A DNA stretch of 64,000 nt, taken from positions 1 to 64,000 of IMG/VR virus record IMGVR_UViG_3300045119_000370. One strand, written 5' to 3'. Numbering within the stretch: the first letter of the stretch is position 1; every line of letters begins with the position of its first letter. A program made the position numbers and the translations under genes. Below, piece after piece: positions 1 to 9,700 of this stretch. The notes under the pieces are model-generated. The model was not told the DNA's origin, searched no databases, and saw only the letters and a program-made list of their open reading frames with translations. Source of the DNA: a virus.

Positions 1-23
1 GTGAGGACCAGACCAATGCCGGC

Positions 24-800
24 ATGCGACCGTCCGAGACGCTGCTACCGGTGACGTCGGGCAACACTGTCGACCGGATCATGCGCGGCACCTACAAGGT
101 GATCGGCAAGCGTCTGATTTACGCTGTTATCCTCATCGACCCAGTGGCCAAGTATAATCACGCACACGATCCGCACTCTGGTGAGTTCGCTAGTGCCAGC
201 ATGAACGAGATGGATAGTGCTGAACCATCTGGCCAGCACAGCGATCCCCGCTTCACCGCCTCTCGCCCGCTGACCAAGGAGGAGAAGCTCAGCGTCGGCT
301 TCTACACTGCGACGACCGGCTACCGCGAGATCAACGCGGCGCTGCGCTCAGGCTTGATGACGAACACATCCGAGGAGACGCAGGCGCACGCCAAGAACCT
401 CGCCAATGCGATTGACGTGCACACAGTGAACGAACCGCTCACAGTGTTTCGTGGCATCCGCAACGACGGCTTGATCAGTAAATTCAATGAAGCGGTGGTC
501 AGCGGTAACAACAACGAGTTCGTCGACAAGGGCTTCCCGTCGACCTCGTTCAGTCAGCACGTGGCGCTGGAGTTTACTAACCAGATCAAGATTACCAGTG
601 CACGGGGCGGAGAAGACTCCACTCAGTACATGATGCGGATCACCATACCCAAGGGAGCGCACGCCCTCCCGGCCAGTGCCTTGGGTCTCGGTGCTCGTGA
701 CGAGGACGAGGTGATCCTACAGCGGGGCAGTCGCTTCAGGGTCACCAAGCGCAACGACGAGGGCTTTCAGGTGGTCTATGACGCGGAACTGATCCGATGA
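24..800 (+). CDS. VIP2/C3-like ADP-ribosyltransferase domain protein (5' end probably outside the window)
   Basis: YT..GYREIN..LR, VFRG, DKGFPSTS and EDEVILQRGSRFRV (R-S-ExE motifs); frame stays open to the window start; internal KYNHAHD..SGEF motif. Confidence 0.85.
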   Translation: MRPSETLLPVTSGNTVDRIMRGTYKVIGKRLIYAVILIDPVAKYNHAHDPHSGEFASASMNEMDSAEPSGQHSDPRFTASRPLTKEEKLSVGFYTATTGYREINAALRSGLMTNTSEETQAHAKNLANAIDVHTVNEPLTVFRGIRNDGLISKFNEAVVSGNNNEFVDKGFPSTSFSQHVALEFTNQIKITSARGGEDSTQYMMRITIPKGAHALPASALGLGARDEDEVILQRGSRFRVTKRNDEGFQVVYDAELIR

Positions 801-1537
801 TCAACGACAAGTTCACGTGGCAGGACGGCGACGTCGAGTTCGAGCCGGTCGTCAAGTCGAATCCGTATCCACGTGCCGAGCATGGTCACTTTGGTGAGGG
901 TCCGGGCGGCGGCGCGAGCCTGCCGTTGCATAGTGGCGCGAGCTTGCCGCTGAAACGTCCCGGCGCTTCCCCGTTTACTGACGAGGAGAAGCTGGCGTTA
1001 AAAGACTATTCTGTAAACAGCGAGAACCTCAATAAGTTCTTGCGTGAGCAGAGCCAAGAGCACATCAGCGACTCGCCCATCGTTCAGCAGGCGCTCATGG
1101 CCGTGCAGGCCAAACCGTATGTCAAGGACATCGCGGCGCTTGACAGTGCATTCACCAAGGTGGAACCGCTCAGTCAGGACATAACTCTATTCCGGGGCCT
1201 GTCTGGCACGGCCGGCAACAAGCTCGATGACGCACTGGCGGGTGACAGCAACTTCATGGACTTGGGCTTTCTCAGCACTTCACGGAGTGAGTCGGTGGCG
1301 CAGGATTTTGCCTTCGAACGCGCTGGTGGGGTGACGTCACGTGGATCGTTGCAGCGTTGGGCCGAGATCACGGTGCCGAAAGGTTCTCGTGTCATCGACA
1401 TGAATCAGCACTCGATTTCGGACAACCCGTCCGAGTTGGAAGTGCTGCTCAACCGCGACAGCCACTTCTACGTCGAGAGCGTGACCCACCCCGCCGACGA
1501 TCAGGTGGTTTACCACATGCGCATGGTGCCGAGATGA
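797..1537 (+). CDS. VIP2/C3-like ADP-ribosyltransferase
   Basis: EKLALKDYS..LNKFLR, LFRG, DLGFLSTS, ELEVLLNRDS; ATGA overlap with the upstream gene. Confidence 0.85.
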   Translation: MINDKFTWQDGDVEFEPVVKSNPYPRAEHGHFGEGPGGGASLPLHSGASLPLKRPGASPFTDEEKLALKDYSVNSENLNKFLREQSQEHISDSPIVQQALMAVQAKPYVKDIAALDSAFTKVEPLSQDITLFRGLSGTAGNKLDDALAGDSNFMDLGFLSTSRSESVAQDFAFERAGGVTSRGSLQRWAEITVPKGSRVIDMNQHSISDNPSELEVLLNRDSHFYVESVTHPADDQVVYHMRMVPR

Positions 1538-2127
1538 ACCGCTTCGTTTGGGAAGGCGACGACATCATCCTGCCGACCAGTAAGTACAATCCGTATCACG
1601 GTGAGCACGGCCGCTTCACCAATGCCGAAGGGGCGAGCGCCGCGCTCAACAGCTTGATTGGCAACGCGCTCAAGGAGAAGGGTGGCTTCACCTTCAACCC
1701 GGTCACCGTCACCGCGCCACACCATGGCTACGCCGTCGGCGGCTATGGCACGCGTGACGCCTACGACGCCGACACGTTCGCCATCGCCAGCGTCAAGGAC
1801 TTCCTCGAACGCAACGACGCGGCGCTCAAGGGCAACTTTCTCGGTGGCTGGATCGACAAGGGCAAGGTTTACCTCGACGTGACCAAGGTGTTCCCCGAGA
1901 ACCAGCGTGCCGCCGCGATCAAGGCAGGCAAGGCACGCGACCAGATCGCCATTGCCGACCTCACGGCGCTCAACGCCGGCCGTATGGACGAGGCGTTCAT
2001 CGATACTGGCGGCACCGGCAAAGCCGCGCCCACGGTCAAGCGCACGGCCTTCCTGCTCGATCCTCGCGCCATGACGCCCGAGGAGATGCACGCCGCCATC
2101 ATGGCGATGCTCGCCAAACTTAAATAG
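1534..2127 (+). CDS. Putative head-associated effector, possible SAM-lyase-like domain
   Basis: ATG at 1534 overlaps the upstream TGA; KYNPYHGEHGRF motif, then GGFT..GYAV..LGGW.D.GKVYLD..DQIAI. Confidence 0.55.
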   Translation: MNRFVWEGDDIILPTSKYNPYHGEHGRFTNAEGASAALNSLIGNALKEKGGFTFNPVTVTAPHHGYAVGGYGTRDAYDADTFAIASVKDFLERNDAALKGNFLGGWIDKGKVYLDVTKVFPENQRAAAIKAGKARDQIAIADLTALNAGRMDEAFIDTGGTGKAAPTVKRTAFLLDPRAMTPEEMHAAIMAMLAKLK

Positions 2128-2196
2128 GCCGCCGTTGTGCCCCGTGCGCGGACGGGTTACTCGTTTTTCTACGAGAACGAGAAGCCGACGCCGTAA

Positions 2197-2219
2197 GTGT
2201 CACTATTGATATGTGACAC
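2197..2219. promoter_or_regulatory. Inverted repeat GTGTCAC-N9-GTGACAC upstream of the fibre operon
   Basis: Perfect 7-bp arms around the AT-rich spacer TATTGATAT in an intergenic gap. Confidence 0.4.
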
Positions 2220-2238
2220 CTCACTTTAGGGGTCCAAC

Positions 2239-2364
2239 ATGATCAAGATCGTCAAGGCCGTCATGCGGATGATCGAGACTCGGTTGCGGGCTTCCGGCCT
2301 GACCGGCCCCAACTCGCGCGAGCGCGTGCGCGAGCAGATCATCGTGGTCTTGCGCAAGGAATGA
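2239..2364 (+). CDS. 41-aa ORF resembling one repeat unit of the 1639-aa fibre protein
   Basis: Manual translation MIKIVKAVMRMIETRLRASG..; AGGGG upstream; not in the ORF track. Confidence 0.45.
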   Translation: MIKIVKAVMRMIETRLRASGLTGPNSRERVREQIIVVLRKE

Positions 2365-2386
2365 TTTCATCAGGAGAACCCAAGCC

Positions 2387-2956
2387 ATGCTCATCCGTCA
2401 CTCGATCCCCGGGTTCAGCCACCGGGTCTATGGCTCGCTCGCTTCGCTTTTCGTGCCGCTGTTCGACGCCATGCTGCCCAAGCACAACAACGTGCTCGCG
2501 GTGGTCGAGGGCGACGAGGGTAGGCTGCTTATCCCGGCGCACAACATCGTCACCGATGCCGGCGACATCTGGTACGCCCAGAAGGGCTGCGGCGAGGCCC
2601 CGACCAATGCCTTCAACACGATGGTCATGTGCTCGGCCGGCACGCCCGGCAAGGCCGCCGTCTATTCCGCCTTTACCGCCATCGCTGGCTCGTCCAAGGT
2701 GGTCAGCGCCGGCTATCCGAGGACCAACGATCCCGACGCCGACAACACAGGCGACGCAGTCAACGTCGCTTCATGGCTGGGATCGTGGGCCAAGGCCGAC
2801 TTCAACAACGCCGCGATCAGCCATGGTCTGATCACGATTGCCGCGCCGGTCTCCGGTTCAAACCTCTTGACCGGCTACGCTTTCGCCGCGCCCTTCGCCA
2901 AGACGGTCAACGACACGCTGAAGGTGTTTGTCAATCATCAAATGCTCGGCGTGTGA
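2387..2956 (+). CDS. Putative virion structural protein (fibre-associated)
   Basis: AGGAG RBS; HNIVTDAGD..KTVNDTLKV pattern typical of phage fibre-proximal proteins; context. Confidence 0.55.
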   Translation: MLIRHSIPGFSHRVYGSLASLFVPLFDAMLPKHNNVLAVVEGDEGRLLIPAHNIVTDAGDIWYAQKGCGEAPTNAFNTMVMCSAGTPGKAAVYSAFTAIAGSSKVVSAGYPRTNDPDADNTGDAVNVASWLGSWAKADFNNAAISHGLITIAAPVSGSNLLTGYAFAAPFAKTVNDTLKVFVNHQMLGV

Positions 2957-2960
2957 GCGC

Positions 2961-3389
2961 ATGAGCAAGTCCGATCTCTTCGAAAACGACCTGCTCAAGC
3001 TGATCTTCAACGCGACGCCGATTGCCAACATCGCAGACAACGCGGCGTCGATTCCGTTGACCCAGATTTGGGTGGCGTTGCACACCGCTGATCCCGGCGA
3101 ATCTGGCAATCAATCGACCAGCGAAGCGGCGTATTCGGGCTACACACGCATCGGCGTTAACCGCACCAGTGCTGGATGGACGGTGACCGGCAACTCGGTC
3201 TCGCCGGTCGCCAGCATCGACTTCCCAGAGGCCGCTGGGGCTGGGAGCAACATCACGCACTGGTCGGCAGGTGTCGCATCGGGTGGCGCGACCAAAATAC
3301 TGTACTCAGGAACGGTGACGCCAAACATTGCCATCGCGGCCGGCGTCACCCCGCGTCTGAAGAACACGAGCACCGTCACCGAGGACTGA
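2961..3389 (+). CDS. Conserved phage virion/tail-fibre-associated protein
   Basis: MSKSDLFENDLLKLIF..VALHTADPGE..SEAAYSGYTR signature. Confidence 0.7.
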   Translation: MSKSDLFENDLLKLIFNATPIANIADNAASIPLTQIWVALHTADPGESGNQSTSEAAYSGYTRIGVNRTSAGWTVTGNSVSPVASIDFPEAAGAGSNITHWSAGVASGGATKILYSGTVTPNIAIAAGVTPRLKNTSTVTED

Positions 3390-3394
3390 TCCCC

Positions 3395-4204
3395 TTGGTT
3401 CAGGTCTATCCCAACCGGGCGCGCTGCCTCACGTCGACCATCGGCACCGGCACTGTTACGCTCGGCGCTGCCGTGCCACGCTTTCAGACTTTTGTGCAAG
3501 CCGGCGTCGTTGACACCAACGCCTTCCGTTATCTGATCGATGACGGCAACGATTGGGAGGTCGGTCAGGGCACGTATGTCGCCGCTGGCAATCAAGTGCA
3601 GCGCTCACTGATCGAGTCGTCCACAGGTGCGCTGCTCAACCTGTCGGGCAACGCCCAGATCGGCATCGACTTCTACAATTACGACATGGCTTACCCGTCC
3701 TACGCCTTCAACGCACTGCGGGCGATACCGGGTGGCGGCCAGAATTTCATGCTGTTCATGCAGACCAACGCTCCGACATTTTGGACTAAGTACACTGGCT
3801 ACAACGACCGCATACTGCGTATTGTGACAGGAGCGGCGAGTTATGGTGGCGTGCAATTGTTCTCGACGGTCTTCGGTCGTGCCACTACTGACAATTACAC
3901 GTTGGCGGTTGGGGACAACGTCGCGCATGGCCATTCGGTGAATGACACGTCTAACGGTCACAACGTTACTCACTATCATGACTACACTGGCCCGCCGTCA
4001 GGTCATGCCCCGTCCGGTGGCGGTATCCAGTCCAGTGGTCACTGCAACGACTATGGTCCGGTCAATACGGGGACGATTTCGGTTGGTCACACTCACGTAA
4101 CCGCGTCGACCTCGACCCCGAACGTCGGCAGTTCTTACCCGCACGCTCATAATAACGAGTTACGCGTTGCCTACGTCGATGTGATCGCAGCGACCAAGGA
4201 CTGA
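3395..4204 (+). CDS. Short tail fibre/needle protein with HxH motifs
   Basis: TTG start after GAGGA; GTGTVTLG..WEVGQGTY N-domain; collar-like MQTNAPTFWTK; several HxH; ends YVDVIAATKD. Confidence 0.7.
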   Translation: MVQVYPNRARCLTSTIGTGTVTLGAAVPRFQTFVQAGVVDTNAFRYLIDDGNDWEVGQGTYVAAGNQVQRSLIESSTGALLNLSGNAQIGIDFYNYDMAYPSYAFNALRAIPGGGQNFMLFMQTNAPTFWTKYTGYNDRILRIVTGAASYGGVQLFSTVFGRATTDNYTLAVGDNVAHGHSVNDTSNGHNVTHYHDYTGPPSGHAPSGGGIQSSGHCNDYGPVNTGTISVGHTHVTASTSTPNVGSSYPHAHNNELRVAYVDVIAATKD

Positions 4205-4206
4205 CA

Positions 4207-5817
4207 ATGCCTTTTCGCTACGCCAACCATGTGAAGGTGACGACCCCGACGGTTGGTCAGGGCACTCTGACTTTGGGTGCACCCGTCACCCGGTATCGCA
4301 GCTTTGGGGCTGGTGGTTACGCTGATGGTGATACTTGCCGCTACGTAATCGAGGACGGCAATGATTGGGAGATCGGCACCGGCACTCTTGGTGGTGGTGT
4401 CACCACACTAGCGCGGTCGGCCTTTCTGGCTTCCTCGACCGGCACTTGGATATCATGCACTGGCAATGCCACGGTGATGGTCGACATCATCGCCGAGGAC
4501 TTTACCTACAACGGTATTGGTGCGACGCCCGACATGGCGGCCGGGACGCCCATGCTGTTCTGGATGACGACACCGACCCCCGGTTGGACCAAGACCACCA
4601 ACACTGGTTGGAATGATCGGGCGCTGCGCATTGTCAACGGTGCGGCTAGTTACGGTGGGTCTTACTTGTTTTCGACGGTCTTCGGTTCGCGCACGCAGAC
4701 CGACGCGTTTTATATGGACGCGACCTACATGACCGCGCACGCGCACTCAATGTCGGACACGTCGGGGGGTGCCAGCGTCAATCACACTCATGTCTATCAG
4801 CGCGTGCTCGGGACGACCGGCAATGACTATACGGCTGGTGGTACGGTCGGGGCCAGCGAAGGTCTTACGGCGGCGATCAACTCTTCGGGTGACAGTGTTG
4901 CTCACAACCACGTCTGGTCGGCGACGAGCGGTGCGGCCTCATGGAGCAGCACCCACCAGCACGGCATCGAGATGCGCGTCGCGTATGTCGATGTCATTTA
5001 CGCGACGCGTGACGCGCCTCCACCAATTGTTAAGCTGGCCAACCGGGCAAGGCAATTTACTGCGACCGTCGGCCAAGGGACACTCACGCTTGGTGCGGCG
5101 ATGCCCCGTTACCGGACCTTCGCGGCGGCCGGCGTCGTCGATGGGAACAGTGTCCACTACGTGATCGAGGATGGCGTCAATTGGGAACTCGGCACCGGTG
5201 TTCTCGGTGGTGGCGGGACGACGCTGACCCGTGCACTGATCCAGTCCTCGACCGGTGCCCTGCTCTCGCTTTCTGGCAATGCCAATGTCCGCATTGATAT
5301 ACTTGGCATTGACATCAACGCGGCTCAGTGTGGCGCACTGCCGAATATGAACGGGGCGTTGATGGTCTTTATGCAGACCACACCCCCGGTGAGTTGGACC
5401 AAGAACACGGGCGCGAATGATTATTTGTTGCGTTGTAGTGGTACAGGCACAGGCGGAACGACGGGCGGCGCGGTGCTATTTTCAACGGTGTTTGGTTCGC
5501 GCACGGCGACCGATGCAATCAATGCCGACCTGATCTCGCACACCCATTACTTCACCGATACGACCAACGGTCAGTCGGCCAACCACTCGCACACCTACCA
5601 GCACTCGTCGGGTACCGAGCAGGGCACGAACAATGGCGCGGGCAACATGCCACGACCAGAGACTGCCGGTATCAATTCCGGCAATGCCAGTGCGACGCAC
5701 GTTCACGCCGTGTCGGCGACCTCCTCGACCTACGGTTCGAGTGCGCTGCACAGCCACCCGATTGACATGCGCGTGCAGTACACAGATGTAATTTTGGCCA
5801 GTAAAGACGCGGAGTAA
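4207..5817 (+). CDS. Tail fibre protein with two tandem copies of the same module
   Basis: Internal duplication, each half aligning with the 3395-4204 product (WEIGTG/WELGTG, FSTVFGSRT, HxH, MRV.Y.DVI.A..D). Confidence 0.75.
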   Translation: MPFRYANHVKVTTPTVGQGTLTLGAPVTRYRSFGAGGYADGDTCRYVIEDGNDWEIGTGTLGGGVTTLARSAFLASSTGTWISCTGNATVMVDIIAEDFTYNGIGATPDMAAGTPMLFWMTTPTPGWTKTTNTGWNDRALRIVNGAASYGGSYLFSTVFGSRTQTDAFYMDATYMTAHAHSMSDTSGGASVNHTHVYQRVLGTTGNDYTAGGTVGASEGLTAAINSSGDSVAHNHVWSATSGAASWSSTHQHGIEMRVAYVDVIYATRDAPPPIVKLANRARQFTATVGQGTLTLGAAMPRYRTFAAAGVVDGNSVHYVIEDGVNWELGTGVLGGGGTTLTRALIQSSTGALLSLSGNANVRIDILGIDINAAQCGALPNMNGALMVFMQTTPPVSWTKNTGANDYLLRCSGTGTGGTTGGAVLFSTVFGSRTATDAINADLISHTHYFTDTTNGQSANHSHTYQHSSGTEQGTNNGAGNMPRPETAGINSGNASATHVHAVSATSSTYGSSALHSHPIDMRVQYTDVILASKDAE

Positions 5818-5821
5818 GTGC

Positions 5822-6328
5822 ATGAAACGTATCGTAATCCTTCCCAACGACAACCAAATCAACTTCGTCAACGACAATGGTGAGACCGACATCGGTCGAA
5901 CCGATTTGGCGAAGCTGATACCACGGTGGATACACGCCATTGACTATGACGCCGAGACCGAGGTTTACGAGGTCATGTATATTCGGCCGGGTAACCAAAA
6001 GTTTACGGCTGAAGAAATCAAGGTGCGCTTCCCGGAACTCGCCGACATGATCGCGTCAGGCAAGGTCTCGGCAGACGAAGAGCGGGCACGACAGGATGCG
6101 CGCAGAGACCTTTACGAGGCGACTTTGGCACAGACGCGGAGGACCGAGGAAGAGACGCGACTGGCGATGCAGCGCTTGATCGATGCCGGCTTACTGACAC
6201 CCGAAGGGGGTCCGGTCCCGCTACCGAAACCGAAGCCGGGCGATCACTTCTTCGACCCGGAGAAACGGGTTCACGTTCATGGACCGGAACACAGCCATGG
6301 ACCGGGAGGAGGACACACTCATGACTGA
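5822..6328 (+). CDS. Hypothetical protein, possible fibre assembly factor, His-rich C-terminus
   Basis: Follows fibre genes; ends HVHGPEHSHGPGGGHTHD. Confidence 0.5.
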   Translation: MKRIVILPNDNQINFVNDNGETDIGRTDLAKLIPRWIHAIDYDAETEVYEVMYIRPGNQKFTAEEIKVRFPELADMIASGKVSADEERARQDARRDLYEATLAQTRRTEEETRLAMQRLIDAGLLTPEGGPVPLPKPKPGDHFFDPEKRVHVHGPEHSHGPGGGHTHD

Positions 6329-6713
6329 CCTGCCGCCCAAAGAACGTATGTGCCACCTGACCGGCTTCACGCAGTCGTGCCGCAAGCTGGTCACCGATGA
6401 AGCCTGTTCGCGTTGGATGCAGATACAGGGGCACCATCCGAACACTGGTGAGCCGATCAACCAGTCCAAGTGCATCGACGATTGGATGCCGATCCTGATG
6501 ATGGAGAACAGTCAGATGCAACGCCAGACCGGCGCGGCGGTCGAGAGCTTCCGCAACGAAGTGCTGGCAGCGAACGGTTACCCGAAAGGGGTCAACCCGG
6601 CGTCACGTATGGAGTTCTTTCCGCCGGATCGCGCCGCACCACGTCTGGCGAACCCGCCCGAAGATATCGCCGCCATCATGATCGAAAAGAGCAGGACTGG
6701 TCAGGACAACTAA
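6321..6713 (+). CDS. Conserved Cys-rich phage protein associated with fibre genes
   Basis: GGAGGA RBS; C..C..C.RW..QG.HPNTG..C..W.P.L..ENSQ.QRQTGAAVESFRNE. Confidence 0.7.
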   Translation: MTDLPPKERMCHLTGFTQSCRKLVTDEACSRWMQIQGHHPNTGEPINQSKCIDDWMPILMMENSQMQRQTGAAVESFRNEVLAANGYPKGVNPASRMEFFPPDRAAPRLANPPEDIAAIMIEKSRTGQDN

Positions 6714-9700
6714 ATGCTTGGGTTCCGCTCTCTCGGTACCGGCAGTCTTGCAGGTGACGCCGGCACGATCACCGAGGGGGTCGGGGCGGCGATCAGTGTC
6801 GGCACGGCGCTTGCCTTCTCGGCGATGCGGGTGGCGGCGGTCGCCAGCGGTGCTGGCGGGACGTCGACGGCGCTGGCTGATGGTGGGCTGACCTATGCCA
6901 GCCTCGCCTTATCTGCCGGGTCGAGCCAAGCGCTGGCCCAGTTTCACGCGCCGGTCCTCGCCGTCATCAACGAGACGGTTCAGGACATTGAGATACTGAA
7001 TTCTGCACTCACTATCCTTCGTAACTTGAGTGAGTCGGTGCAGACGGCTGAAGGCGTGGTCGAGACACGTCTGATCGCACAGATGATCGCCGAGGGCTTG
7101 CGCCTGACCGAGCTTCGGGCGGCACTCCGTGACACTGCCATATCGATCAGTGAGACTGTTCGCATCAACGATAGCCGGCAGCTGGTTCGCGGACTGATCC
7201 AGATCGTCAACGAGGTCAAGCAGACGCTTGAATCGCTGGCCCGCGCTCTCGGCCGTGTTCAGATATTCAACGAGACGATCTCGACCAGCGAAACGTCGGA
7301 CAAGGCGCGCCTGCTCGCGCGCATGATTAACGAGGTCAAGCGTACTGTCGAGTCGTTCAGTCTCTCGCGCTTCGTCAACCGCATGGTCAACGAGTACGAG
7401 TCGGTCGTCGCCCCGGGCAACTGGACGCCGGCCAATCTCGATGGTTCCGTACTCCTTGCATGGCTCGATGCTTCCGATGTTTCGACCCTCACCCTTACCG
7501 GCAGCAATGGTGTTTCTAAGTGGAACGATAAGTCGGGTCATACACGTCACGCTCGCCAGCCGCAAGATAGCAGCCGTCCAATCTACTCGCCCGGCAAGAT
7601 CACGTTCTCGGGCATGCATAATCTTGAACTCACCGCTTTTACTGCTTATCCTCTTACTTATGACTGTCTGTTGGTTGGTACCCCCAATGATGGTTCAGGA
7701 CCATATGCCGGGGGATACAGTATCGCGCTCCAATCGTGGACCGATCATTTCCCACTACTGATCGACGCGACCCGCAACATCGGTGTTCTGGTAACCAGTT
7801 TCATTACTGGCCCGGGCTTGGGATGGGCGACTAACACTCATGGCATGGTCTATGCCACGATGTCGGACACTCAACCCGTTGCCATGGCGCGCGACGGTAA
7901 CTCACTCGTCACTTTGATGCCGTCGTTAGGAGAGAACCCACAAGCGGCTACGCTCGGTAGTCGCTGGGACGCTCAAGCGACCTTCGGCGAAATCAACGAA
8001 GTGATATTTGTCCCCTACGGGTCGCCGCTCGCTCTTCGACAAAGGCTCGAAGGCTATGCGGCGTGGAAGTGGGGATTGGTGGCGAACCTGCCCGTCGATC
8101 ACCCTTACAAGAGTGCAGCACCTTCGGGTGGTAGTGGCGGCGATCCGATTGTCGTGCGCGACCGCTCGGTCATGTTGGCCGAGGCGCTCCATATCAACGA
8201 CATCGTAACCAGCGGTTTGCTGGCTCTGAACCGTTCGGTCAGCGACACACTGCGTTTGACCGAGGTGACCAACCGCACGAACTTACTGACTCGGGCGGTC
8301 AACGAGACGATCCGTAACACTGAGGTGATCGTCCGTTCGCTGGCCAAAGACGTCACCATGGTGATCAACGAGACGGTGCGTGCGGTCGAGGTCCGCCTGT
8401 CGTTCATCGTCCCTGAGATCACCCGGGTCATCAATGAATTCCTCTATCCGAATGAGGGTGGAGCACTCCCGGGTCTACCGGAGCCACCCGCACCTCCGAG
8501 CGCTCCCGCTTCTCGACTAACTTTATCTTATACGCCCGGAGCCGACAGGAATGATTTCACGGGTGAAGTCGGGGTGCGGGTCAATATCGGGTTAACTGAC
8601 TTTCCCGTTAATCGGCTAGGCTACCGTTGCAATACAGGCAACACTGGCACACGCACACTTACACTGTATGAGTGGTTCAGCGATACCGTGGTGGCGACTG
8701 CTACCGTCGATCTCACGGGCGTGGCAGCGGGAGATTATGTCTGGGTAAATATACCCACGGTCACACTGGTGCATGGTGGTTACTATGCACTGTTGTCGAA
8801 CGTCACCGCTTACGATGGGCAAAACTGGAAGAACCCCGGTCCCATCACTATGCATCCTTACATCAACAATATTTACGGTGCTTACAGGGTACCGGCGGGT
8901 GCATTGGCAACGACTGCGTCGAATGAGAGTTTCATCGGCCTCGATCTCGGTTGGACTGCTCCGGGTGTCGTTACGCAGCCGCCGGTTACGAGCGGCTTAA
9001 ATGTTTGGTTGGAAGCCAGCCAACTGGGTTTGGCCGATGGTGCTATCGTCTACACGTGGCCGAACTTTGTGTGGGGACCGACGCCGGTAATGGAGACCGG
9101 CCTCGTGCCGGCGACGCTCAAGGCCAACGCTTCCAACGGAAGGGGTGTGATCCGTTTCAGTGGCGGTAACGCCAGCCACCTTCACGGCCTGACAGACGCG
9201 ACGCATGACTTCACGATGATCTACGTGGTCCGACGTTGGGGTGGCATCGTCGGACGGGGCTTTTCAACTCAGTATCCGCCGACCAATATCCTCGTCGGAT
9301 TCCATTCGTCGGCACAGGATATCGCCTACGACGGCGGTTGGCTCAATGCACCTACTAACTGGGGAGACACTGGCAGCTTGCCGGCGGCGTGGAAGCTCTA
9401 CGGGTTGGATGGTGCATCGCCTGCTTCAAGTACTTTCCGCATCAATGGTGTTGCGGTAGGCGGGAACCCGACCAGCAGTCAGGGTCTCGGTGGCGGTTAT
9501 GTCCTCTCTGGTTATCGCGGCGACAACCAGATCGACGAGACGATGGACTGCGATGTCGCCGAATTACTGATCTTCACCCGACAACTCAGTGATGCCGAGC
9601 GCATCTCGGTCGAGAACTATTTGAGGACTAAGTGGATCACGCCAGCGGCTGCTAGGAGCGGCGACAGTGGCGGCGGCTCGATCATCACGGTAGAAGTCAT

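Noticed and set aside
1357-1533. Upstream extensions in the ORF track (e.g. 1357, 3176, 12030, 16808, 25563)
   Set aside because: They overlap real upstream genes; coupled starts with RBS lie further downstream
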